Source: Macrostomum lignano
Lineage: Eukaryota
DNA length: 64,000 bases
Reading direction: 5' to 3'
Assembly: GCA_002269645.1 (NCBI GenBank)
Contig: NIVC01002595.1
Coordinates: 8,040-72,039 of the forward strand
Shown here piece after piece: positions 52,401-64,000 of this stretch; the first letter of the stretch is position 1; each line of letters begins with the position of its first letter. A model generated the notes under the pieces. The model did no database searches. It saw only the letters and a program-made list of their open reading frames with translations, and was not told the origin of the DNA. The position numbers and the translations under genes were made by a program.

Positions 52401-53515
52401 ATACAATTGCTACTACTTTATAATATACTATTTTATAAACTATATACATATATAAAAATTAATAAAAGGTAACTAGATTTTTTGTTTTTGTATCAAAGAA
52501 GTATTTGCATTCAAAATGGCAATAAGAAACTTTTACTTATCTAGTGATGCCTTAAGTGTACAAGTATATACTATATATAAATTTATAATATAATTTAAAA
52601 TTTATACTATATATGTTTTGTATAAGCAGTAAATAAAGGAAATAAGTAAGTGTTGGTCAAATAAAATTTTGTTTTTATAAAAAATTTTCTTGAAGCTTTT
52701 GGTTTCAAAAGAAAATACATTATTGAAATATCATTAATTACTTTTAAATTTAAGACTAGAAGTTTAAAAAATCCAGAATATAATTTATAATAAGAAACAA
52801 AATACAAAGTTATGCCAAAAATATTAATAAAAACCTTAAGACAAAATTTATATGATACTAAATAACAATATGCTATTTTTCTTTCATTAATATATCATTT
52901 ATTATATATCTGTCTTTCTAAATGTAGTTTAAATTAAAACCAACTAGTCTTCTAGATCATATAGTTTGAAAGGCAACATATGCCAGGATTTCCTGGCATA
53001 TAATAAAGGTCATATTATTTTTCAGCATACATCAGGGTATATCCTAGCATACACGACACAGAAGATACATTGTGAAAAATGACAATTTTTTTGTATTGAT
53101 ATACAAACCCGGCATACAAACAAGGTCTTGTCATTTTTGTGGCATTAAACCTACTATACACAAATACACGATGCAAACCATGGATATTTTTCATAATTCA
53201 ATTTTAGATATTTAAATTGTTTTGAAAATTGATGCTACAAATTTTGCTATAAATAATTTAACTAGACAATTAAAGTATGCTATTATCATATTATCAAAAT
53301 CAATTCACAAAAAAAGCATTAATATAATAGACTATATAGGCTAACCTTAACTGAATGCTGATTAAACCAATAAAAATAAATACATTTAAAAGCATACCTA
53401 ATAATAGTAGTCGATGGGTTGACTTGTAATCTTTTCGCTCTTTTTCGAGCTTCTTTTCAATATTTTTTGATTGATCAGTTTTTTCATTATTCTTTTTGCC
53501 ACTGAAACACCCCAT
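38178..53515 (-). CDS. GNAS: Heterotrimeric G protein alpha subunit, Gs class, 379 aa, 7 coding exons
   Basis: Exons (minus) 53515-53398, 48965-48893, 48183-47911, 43748-43440, 40108-39975, 39513-39446, 38342-38178; total 1140 nt; phases 1,2,2,2,1,0. MGC N-terminus, THRLLLLG|AGESGKST P-loop, RCRVLTSG switch I, DVGGQR, NKQD, TCAVDT and C-terminal [10 protein letters not shown], diagnostic of Gs. Confidence 0.97.
38362..39218. repeat. 33-bp minisatellite grading into a related 31-bp unit, G-alpha-s intron 6
   Basis: TAGCTAGCGGTAGATTTGATATCTATAATATTG, then TAGCTATGGGTAGATTTGATAGCTACTGTTG. Confidence 0.95.
40243..41825. repeat. 29-33-bp minisatellite (CAGCCTGAGGATCTGAGATGTTGGAATCA), G-alpha-s intron 4
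   Basis: Direct reading. Confidence 0.96.
43287..43403. repeat. (GTCT)n microsatellite, G-alpha-s intron 4
   Basis: Direct reading. Confidence 0.97.
44211..45110. repeat. 43-bp minisatellite (CCCCTCCCCTCAGCTATACAGGCATAGCTATATTTGACATGAC), ~21 units, G-alpha-s intron 3
   Basis: Direct reading. Confidence 0.96.
46970..47941. repeat. 81-bp x12 tandem repeat containing the 3' end of G-alpha-s exon 3 and its splice donor
   Basis: Minus-strand unit AACGAGTACCAGCTGATCGACTGCGCTAAATA|GTGAGTAGTGAAGAACTGCCCATGTTCCAGTTAGCATCAATAGAGAATT. Confidence 0.97.
48231..48513. mobile_element. Foldback/MITE-like element, 283 bp, long imperfect inverted termini
   Basis: Left AGAATTTCCCAAAAAAGTTTT vs right AAAACTTCCTGTGGGAAATTCT; internal mirrored motifs (GGTTTGCCCGCCGAG / CTCGGCGGGCAAAACC; TTTTCCCGCAG / CTGCGGGAAAA). 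No clear TSD. Confidence 0.6.
48585..48866. repeat. 33-bp minisatellite (GAAGGACACTGAGGATTAGCGGCACCCACAACT), ~8.5 units, G-alpha-s intron 2
   Basis: Direct reading. Confidence 0.95.
49591..50377. mobile_element. Non-autonomous DNA transposon (MITE), 787 bp
   Basis: TIRs GGCTCATTCCATATAAG(C)ATGG / CCATCTTATATGGAATGAGCC, flanked on both sides by TAAA (4-bp direct repeat); internal repeats of ATGGTCGTAACA. No ORF. Confidence 0.8.
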
Positions 53516-54578
53516 GGCAGAACCCACAGGGAGGCAGCAATCTGCCTAAGTATTACAACTTTAAAAACCAATCATAAAAAATATCGTTCTTTATTTATCA
53601 AAATCGAAAGAAATTCAGCTTTTAACTGCAGGAACTTTATCGTGATATAGAATCTGATAAATATATTGTGCAATATTGTGTATTTATTGTAAATCTTCTA
53701 ACAAAACGAATTAATGACTTAGTCCAGAAAATGGCTACTTGACTAAATTACCACTAAATTTTTACTCGCTGTTGAGAAAGAATAAAACCAGGGATTCTAT
53801 TCACCTAAACATATTATAAAGTATAAACTACTTGGTTTGGTACTACAAGTTCTACGAAACTACATAGGAACAAAACTTAAAAAAGCACCGCAGTGTATTG
53901 ATTTTTATTTAAGCTAAATAATAGAATTTTTATTATTATTTACTTTTAGCTACTGTGCAAAAAAGAAAAAATACAGATATAATATTTTTACTGCTATTAA
54001 TGTTGTATTTTAGTTATAAACAAGTATTTTGTGAACAAATTTGACTTTTGTTTTGCGCTCGGTAATGTCACCATCAAGATCAGAATATACAGCCCATTGT
54101 AAGTTGTCAAAATTTGGGTCTATTTTTTTCAGGCTATTATTATAATTGTATAAGTTTTAATTTTTTGTTGCAACAATTAGCTCACAGCTGCTTAACGTCA
54201 ATATATATTTTTTAGATTTGTTATATAGAATTATATATACAACACAATCTTTAGCTTATGTAGACTTCACCAAAAACCTCTTTGCCGAATTCATTTCAAA
54301 TAGGCCCTACTAAGTACTAAATAGAGATTTTGGCTTCAATAATAGGGAGTGTTGTTGGGCAATGTGCTGAAGATCCTTCTAAGTTCATTTTTCAGTTGTC
54401 AACTTTGGGACTTATTTTAACTGCATTTATAATTGCAAAACAATTCTTTCTTTTGCTGCTAGTGCTGATGTCTAGTGCTGATTTTTTCATGCATTCAGGA
54501 ACAATTTTTAATATGCAACAATTGCCACTTATGCAACATTCTTTTGTTATGTAATTTCTTTGCACATAGGCTATATTA

Positions 54579-56578
54579 GGGACTCCAGTGAGATTTTGAA
54601 ACTTAAAAATTTATATATTTTCAGATATGTATCTGATAGAGGACAATAACAGCATCACAAAATGGCTTCACTTATTAAATTTAGTTGAGTAATAAAAAAG
54701 TTATAGCATTTTTTGTGCCCAAAAAATTACGTTTTTTAGATAGGAAAAATACATTATAGATTGTTGCCATTAGATGTACGAAAACAAAATTTTTCACTTT
54801 TTGTTGTCATATCTTTTTTGCTATTCAACATACAATATTGAGTCTGGTATCATTTTAAAGACCAAGCAGTTCTACATAAGATTAACAAATTGTTTTTATT
54901 CTTTCTAATGTATCTTTCTTGGGGTTTGCATTTGAATTTTTAAAAAGTGAAAAATGCACATCAAAAATAGAGCAAAATTAAAATTTCAAATGACTATTAT
55001 TTAAAAGTTAATTGCTTTTTCTGAAATCTTTTTTATTTGTTTACTCTACAATATATAAAAGTATATATTTTTATACCATTTTTTCCTATATATTGACAAA
55101 GGTTAAAAAATTCACCAATTTTGTGACTTTTTTGCTACTGGAACTTGATAGCATATCTTAAAATTGCACATTTTTCAACTTTGAATGATTATATTTTTTA
55201 GACTAATGAATATATATAAAGTTTGATTTGTTTTTTTAATGAAAAACATATGAAAATGTTTTTTTTGTGTACTTTGGTTTATTTAAAAGCTCTTGTTCTT
55301 TTTTTCCAATATTATTGCTTGTTGAGTAGCTGCAACTGAAGACTGAAGTTAGCATATATTTAATGCTTATTGTCTTTACACACATAATGTATATTGTCTG
55401 CTTTGCTTTTTAACTGTAAAACATATAGGTAAATAATTGTTGATACTATTGTCTTGTATATTTTTTGATTGAGCCTATCCTTATTGTAAAATTGTATATT
55501 GTGAATAAAGTTACCGATGAACATTTCTGTAAACAAGTGTAAAGAAGTATTTAAAAATATATTGTACTTAAAATTGTATATTGTGAAGTTGCTTATTAAA
55601 CTTACAAATGGAATAAACACAATTTCTTATGAAATTCAGTTCATTTTTATGGGAGTTTGAATTGCAGACCAAGGTTACGTGCATTCAAGGGGTCATTTAT
55701 TGGGATTGCAATTGCTATAGCTCAATAAGCTAAAGCATACATTTATTTGTATTATTTTGCCTTCAAAACTAATTTGCAATGGTAAAACGTCTTCTTTTTG
55801 GTTAAGAAAAGCCATAATAAGCCACTTTTTATATAAGTAGTATGTAAGTAGTATCGCTACTAAAAAGCAAACATTGCTGCTGCTCCTCGGCGGATGTATG
55901 TGGAAAGATATAAAAGTGCTGTGAAGAATTCCTATAAGTTCCTCTATTAAATGCAGTAGAAGAATAGTCTTCGGAAATTATTGCTAGAAAAAAAATTAAA
56001 TTTTCTGTTTTATCCGTCTATTTTACACTGAAGAGATAGGCAAAAAACAGGCTTCAATAACTTTTTGGCGGATGTAGATAGACATGTGCGGTTTTTTTTA
56101 ATGTAATCATATTACGGAGTAGCATTCATTTCCGGGTTTTACTAAGCTTCGGAAATACGGGTACGATTTTTATTCAACTTTAATTTTTTTATACTGTCTA
56201 AATAGGGAGAAAAGAAAAAAAATTTCTTCTCAAAATGTCAAAAAATGTTTGTAAATATAGTTGTTTGTATCAATAAATAGTTATATTTTGTTAAAATAAT
56301 TGCTTTCCAACAAAAAAACGAACTTTCGAAAGTCACTTTTTTTGGCAACAAAACGAGTGTATTAAAAAAAGACGAAGTTCAGTGGGACATTACTCGGCAT
56401 ACAATGTATATATTTTTTGTTTCTTTATCACATTAAAAAGAATAGAAACTCTTCTTTAACATGTATATTTTGTTTTTACTATAAACATTTTCTATGCATG
56501 GCAATTTCATTTTTAAAAAACATTATTTTACGATTTTTCGTGTAATTATCAGCTTTACGGTAACCTCACTGGAGTCCC
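54579..56578. mobile_element. Non-autonomous DNA transposon, 2000 bp
   Basis: Perfect TIRs GGGACTCCAGTGAG / CTCACTGGAGTCCC, each flanked by TA; no long ORF inside. Confidence 0.75.
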
Positions 56579-56741
56579 TAGCTATATATCAGTTCTAAGC
56601 TATAGTCTAGATCATGCTAGGTGTATGCCTAAACAAAAATTGAATAATTACAAATGCATGTAAAAAATTCTCAAAAATATGGTAATGTTATGACAATAAA
56701 TGACCTTTTTATATTGTGACAATAAATGGCCTTTTTCCAAA

Positions 56742-57065
56742 TGAGTATAACTTTGGCCATCAACTTTTCTATCAACTTTTCCATCAACTTTTCTATCAAG
56801 TATTCCGTTAACTTTTTATTAACTTTTCTCTCAACTTTCTCATCAAGTTTTATATTAACTATTCCATAAACTATTATTTATTCTAAATAGTACTATTTGC
56901 TTATTTAGGTCTTTGAAAGTTGCCGTCACTTAAGTGACTGAAGTAACTATTAATTTGGATGTGTTTTTTATTTATAATATATATATATATATACAATATA
57001 TATACAATATATATATATACAATATATATATATATATATATTGTTGAATATATATATATATATTG

Positions 57066-57110
<45 letters not shown>

Positions 57111-57523
57111 ATATATTGTTATATATTGTATATATAATATATATATATGTATACTCAGCAAATTTAAAACAAAATTAATTGCAAAGGAAACTGCACTTGT
57201 GCAAAAAAATTATATCACTTTCTATTCAGACTACATAAAAAATTTGATTTGCATAAATGTTGATGAAATAGTTAACAGAAAAGTGAAGAGATATTTGGCA
57301 GAAAAGTTAATGGAATAGTAAATGGAAATGTTGACAGAAGAGTTCACAGAAAAATTTAACAGAAAACTTCATGGAAAAGTTGACAAAATAGTTAACAGAA
57401 ATGTTAACAGAATACTTGACAGAATAGTTGACAGAATAGTTGATGGATAAAGTTATTTATCCTATTAACACGAAAAGTTGATGGAATAGTTGATCAAAAA
57501 GTTGATGGTCAAAGTTATACTCG
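56742..57523. mobile_element. MULE/Foldback-like MITE, 782 bp, with 10-bp target-site duplication
   Basis: TIRs TGAGTATAACTTTGGCCATCAACTTTT / AAAAGTTGATGGTCAAAGTTATACTCG; TTTTTCCAAA directly repeated at 56732-56741 and 57524-57533; subterminal ~11-bp repeats and a central (AT)n. Confidence 0.8.
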
Positions 57524-57756
57524 TTTTTCCAAATTGTATAATAGACCTCTATTATTAGCAGATAACCAGGGACTGGATTATATAGTAGTATGAGGCTGCT
57601 GAAACAAGTATCCTATCTCAGCTAAATATATGCTAATACATGCCAAAAACAAAAATTTCCCTAAAATGTATGCCAAAAATAAAATATACTAAAAAAAGAA
57701 AACTATATGTATATATATATCTATCAGTCAGATATACTAAAAATGAAAACTATATA

Positions 57757-57787
<31 letters not shown>

Positions 57788-58039
57788 GCTGTTGAAACCC
57801 ATAGATTTTGAACCTGGGGAATTCCAATCCCTGGAACTACTTTTGCATGTATTCTGAAATCTAAGGCCATACACACAAAAACTTGTTAATAGTTAATATG
57901 ATAGAGGTAAAGATAAAATGGACACATTCGTATAAAAATTAGGATTTGAGGCAAACATTGATATTGTTGGCTGGGGTACTCCGCAGAATGTTAGGCAATC
58001 TCTGTCTGACTCTAAAACATGTATTGGCAAACTCTGGCC

Positions 58040-59130
<1,091 letters not shown>

Positions 59131-60999
59131 TGCCCCTCTGCCATGAGCTGGATTCTTTATCTGGCCTTTGAGGTAAAAGCCTGCCCATCTCTGCTTCAAA
59201 AGCCAGTTTGTGGGATGTACTAATCTCATGGTAGTTCTCATGCTTTGATCACGTCATCTTTCTTGCCAATTTGCAGGCCTGAAAGGAATTTGTGTATCTT
59301 CAGCTCTACCGCAGTCTGCATCAGTCTAACAACCAAGGAAATATGCATTTCTTAGGAGGCCATTTAAAATTTACTCAGTACCTTTAAAAGAAACTTAAAT
59401 TTTCCATGGTGTGCCTAATTTAGTAGGGCTGTACTGCATTGCATCGCATTGCCTTTTCATAAATCTTTTGCTTTTACAAACCATGCTGAATTCCTTTGAT
59501 TTTTGCCAATTGCCATCCACTGTTGAACTGCTGCAGAGTTTGCCAATATAGAAGGGAAGGAAGTGGTTAGAATTTCTCACTAAACTGTTATGGCTAAATG
59601 TAGCCTTTCCACTCTCGACGTGCAGAGAAGGCTATAAATAAAGTTATTCCAAAACACTGTACATTTGCTATGTACATTCAGTCCTATCGCCTGACCCTTT
59701 GTCTGGCTCTGGGGGAATGAGTAAGTGAGTGGCACTAACAACAGAAAAAGCAGACAAACTTTACATGCTTACAGTTTCTTTTCTGAATGAGTTACAGAGT
59801 TGTAACTTTACATTTAGATAGAGAATAAGTCAATGAAAAATTGTGTCAAGTTTAAAGTTAATTGCTTTATGTGGAGCAAACTTTTGGCAGCTAAAAGTTA
59901 GTCAATTTTGAAACCCTTTTACACATTTGGGCCCAAATTGGGATCAGGAAAGAGAGGCAGGCGGGTGGAGGTTAGGGTGGTTACTATGCTGAAAAAAACA
60001 GCCTAACTTTAAAAGTGCACAGCACCGCTCAGGATTAACTTTGAGACTCAAATTTTACATGATTGTGCCAAAATAGTTAAAGATTGTCTGTGTCAAATTT
60101 GAAGAGAATCAGTAGAAGTGGAGTGGCGCTATGAAGGATTTAGTGAAAAAATGTGCATTTTAAGCAGTTTTTTGTACTTTTAGGTAGGAAGACTTGAGTC
60201 TAAGAAATTCAAAGGTAGCCTAAGACATTCTCCGTAGTAAGTTTAAGGTGGGTATAAAGTTTGGTGTAATTTGGTTAAGTGGTTTGGGAGTCCATAGCAA
60301 TCAAAATTGTCCACACACAGACATACACACAGAGTTTTGATTTTTATATGTAGAGATGTCAATTGGCTCCATGTAAAATAGCTGTATTGTCATCGTTTAA
60401 GCAAATGCATTGTCCGATTTTTTCAAATTTGCACCATTTGATCAGAAATTTTCGCATCTTGGTACCTGCATCTTGGCTAAGAAATTGCTCAATGCTAAAG
60501 GCAATAAATATTTGAAAAACATGCTTTTTTGTAAAGGTCAAGCAGCTCTTTTGTCTTGAAAAGCATTGTAAAAATGCTAGAGAAAAAACTGACTGGTTGA
60601 ATGCTGATTCTAAAATAGATTGCGTCACAGCTGAATTGTAACTCTGCTTAGAAGCATTGCTCAAGACTAGCTAGATTTAGATTGTGTAACCATATTGTTG
60701 ACTTTATTTGAAACTGATACAGGCTGCCTGAGAAATTGATTATGTCATAACTACTATGCTTGGAGTTTGAAAGTGTTGAATTTATATATAAGTTATAAAA
60801 TTCATGTTATCTAAACAATGGAAGCTAGCCTTGAGGTGAACAGACTGAACTGTAAATGCAGCAGTGTAGGTTCAAATTTTTACAATGTAAAAGATTTTTG
60901 TTAAAAATTTTAATGTTTAGAAAAAGCTAAAAAAAACTTTAAAAAGTGTCAGATAAAAAATAAGAAGCCCCATGTAAGCCACAAAAAATAATATTATAG

Positions 61000-61640
61000 C
61001 AGCTTTGCAAAAATCTCATAGCAATAATCCTATAACAATAATCTCATAGCAGCTTTGCAATAATCTCATAGAAGCTTTGCAATAATCTTATGGCAGCTCT
61101 TCAATAATCTCATAGTAGCTCTCAAATAATCCCCATAGTAGCTCTCAAATAATATCATAGTAGCTCTTAGATAATCTATAATAACTAAGTAGGCTTGGAG
61201 GAATTACTGAGATGTCAAGTCTTTGGGAGGAATTTCTGAGATGTCAAGTCTTGGGAGACAGCTGAGATGCAAAGGCTTTGAGAGGAATTGCTAAGATTTC
61301 AAGTCTTGTGGTATTTCTGAGATGTGTAGGCTTGGGGAATTACTAAGATATCAAGTATTAGGGGACTGCTGAGATGTGTAGGCTTGGAGGAATTACTGAG
61401 ACATCAAGTATTGAGGGTATTTCTGAGATGTGTAGGCTTGGGGAATTACTGAAATGTCAAGTCTTAAGGGATTGCTCAGATGTGTAGGCTTGGAGGAATT
61501 ACTGAGATGTCAAGGCTTAAGGGGTATTTCTAAGATGTGTAAGTTTGGGGGAACTACTGAAATGTCAAGTCTTGGGGGTTTTCTAAGATGTGTAGGCTTG
61601 AGGGAATGGTAGAAATGTCAAGGCTTAAGGGGGAATTTGA
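61000..61640. repeat. Two adjacent degenerate minisatellites (~22-bp AATAATCTCATAGCAGCTTTGC; ~32-bp GAGATGT...GGAATTACT)
   Basis: Direct reading; heavily diverged units. Confidence 0.7.
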
Positions 61641-63542
61641 ATTGGTGCTAGTATTGAGTTCACACAAATAAAAGCCAAAAATTGAATAGTTAATCTCAAT
61701 GAAGATTTTCTCCTAACTACTCTGTTTTCTGGGAGTTCTTGGAGAAGGTAGTCATTATTTGTAGTCAAGCAGTCATTAATAGGCATGGTCATTCAAGTTG
61801 GGTCCTCTGACACCAAATTTGCTATGTATGTCAATATGTCAGATGCCTATTATAAGTAGAATAGTGCTGTCACGACTATAATCTACATATTATAGAATAT
61901 TATTTTTAGAGCTTGCTTAGAATTGAGAACAATTGGTTTATACCCTGTGGGAAAATTACTTAAGATAATGCTATGGGCTTAATTAATGAACAAATGTGGG
62001 TTTTGTTTAGCTTTATTGTTTTGTACCAAATAAATAATTAATGAAGTTAAGCAGGATTAATTTTGTGATAAGGTTACTAAATGATAGGATCTTGCAGAGC
62101 CGCAGTGTGCTAAGGCTAAATTTAAAGTGAATTAGCCACTAGAGTGGCAAAATTTAGGCTAACAAACTGTCAAGATAGTAGTAGTAGTAGTAATAGTCAA
62201 AATGAAAAAGGAAAGAGATAAATCAATAAGAAAGAAAAAAAGGAAGTATGTTAGTTTAGATATTTTAATACAATTAGCGTTTGGGGCAAATATTTATATA
62301 AACAAAATTGATATTGCCAACATTTGGGGTTGCACATGTGGAAACATAAATAGGATATGGACAAGGCCAGTAGGCAACATGAGAAAATATAGGTAGAACA
62401 GCGTAAAAATGGATTAAAATTAAAAATATATAATAGCAAGGCCAAAGACAGGAACAAAAGAGTGCCATAGCTAAGACAGAGAAAATAGGCCAACATAGGA
62501 AAAAAATATAACAAAACATAACAATCATAACAAAACATAACAACTATATGCAAAGGGATAAGGAAAAAGAAAAATAATTCTAGTTCAGGTATAGGCAAGC
62601 TATTTACATATAGAAAAATTAATGCTTTAAAAAAATTGTGGCAACCCTACTGCCATATGCACAAAGGCACCCTAATGTTAAAATGTCCTAAGCAATCTCC
62701 CATTGCATGTTAATACTAGCCACTGCTAGCAGGTGTTCAACTAATCAATTATTATTATACCTAAGCATAAAAGGCCTAGAACCTAGATTATAAAACCCTG
62801 ATTGACAGGTAGCTCATAGAATAGCTACTTTTGTGTTTAACCTATATAGATCAGCATTTTATTCAAAAATACTCATCACATGAAATGTGTGCATATGCTC
62901 GTAGATATAGAATCTTATTTACAAGCATACCTAGAAACAAAATACCTAGAAACTAGGTATCTTACAAAGACTTGTATGTATAGATATTATATTGTTTTAA
63001 ATAAAATATATATTATATGCAGCAGTGACTCGTTTGGCTCCATTTATATTGGCATTTAGTGGCTTGCAGTGCATTGCAAGTCTTGAAGGAAAAAGGTTGC
63101 CTTTTTATTTGATTGTGCCCATGGGCTACATAGAGTAGTGCGGTGTGTAAAAGCAAAAGTGTGCCATAGACTAAGAGTCATTAGGATAGCCACACACACA
63201 GGCATTAAGTAATAAATTACTAATATCAAAACTCTTTCATCTCCACTTTTTGTTTCTTGGATGTTTAATCAGGCTCTTCTTTTCCCATGGAAGTCATGGT
63301 CTATGTAGTTTTTCATGTGCATTCAGCTCTCAGGCCCGAAAACTAGGCCTGAGAAAACATTTCTCCATACTCAAACTGAGGACTGAGAACAAGTTTATAT
63401 TCAGCCATACAGACTGAAATGAATACCAACAATAGAACAAAGGAAACAGGTATGAAAAAACAAACAGATGATACAGTTCATGCCAAAATTACATTTCGTT
63501 AGCAGTCACTATTTGGTCAATAATAGTTCTTTTACAACTCAC

Positions 63543-63980
63543 TCCAAGTGATGGTCACATTCCATCCTGCCAACACGAAGCTGGTCCCCATGGTCGAACC
63601 GAATGTACTGTCCACAGCTGAACTGGAGTGCAGTGACGCAAGCAATGTCACCTCGGTCGAATCCGGCCGATGCAGTGTTGTGGCGCAGCGTTTTTGCAAA
63701 AGATGATTCGTGAAGCGCAGGCTAGCTCCTTGCGTGATCTTCCTTGACAATGTTATCAAGCGTGTGGCGACCAAGCGTGCATTCTGGTACCACTTCCCAG
63801 ACTTGATAGAACTCTCGGCACGAAGACACGACAGAAACAGGTTGCAAAACCTGACACTCGCTTGGACGCTTGGCAACGTGAGCATTATAGATGCAGACGA
63901 GGCACCTAACATGGCCATGCGTGTGATATGCTCGCAGCTCTCGTTTGAGGCAAGCTTCTCTTGGCCTTCAGCCCACGATT
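63543..63980 (-). other. Possible coding exon of an unidentified gene near the window edge
   Basis: GC-richer island, ~145 codons open on the minus strand, ending at a strong GTGAGT donor (63542-63537). No recognisable domain; acceptor not defined. Confidence 0.3.
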
Positions 63981-64000
63981 ATTGCTCTTGTTGGCTTTGT

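Noticed and set aside
59850-60358. Possible Helentron/HINE-like element ending CACACAGACATACACACAGAG...TTTATATGTAGAGAT
   Set aside because: Only the 3' end resembles such elements from memory; no 5' end or subterminal repeats could be defined.

Overview
Eukaryotic (animal) genomic DNA, very rich in tandem repeats. The style of GC-rich exons, satellite-filled introns and polyalanine tracts suggests a free-living flatworm such as Macrostomum; this is inference, not shown by the sequence. Four spliced protein-coding genes were reconstructed by hand with consistent GT-AG sites and phases: (1) a TRPA-like ankyrin/6-TM cation channel (minus, 9412->2166, 7 exons, ~1520 aa); (2) a DMRTA-class (Dmrt4/5, dmrt99B-like) DM-domain transcription factor (plus, 14898->20639, 3 exons, 484 aa); (3) a membrane-anchored GH65/PGGHG-like protein that appears to lack the catalytic motifs (minus, 32891->29488, 4 exons, 944 aa); (4) G-alpha-s (minus, 53515->38178, 7 exons, 379 aa). 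More than 25 micro/minisatellite arrays, four non-autonomous inverted-repeat elements and a SINE-like core fill introns and intergenic space. Most other ORFs in the track are repeat or antisense artefacts. The most unusual observations are: 12 tandem copies of a G-alpha-s exon end plus splice donor; an abrupt switch inside G-alpha-s to an AT-rich, CpG-depleted domain (GC3 ~29% vs ~70%); a TGAGTCA/TGACAG-bearing satellite bracketing the Dmrt promoter; a probable GH65 pseudoenzyme; and a TRPA-like pore lacking the usual acidic filter residue. No prokaryotic-type system (CRISPR etc.) is present.
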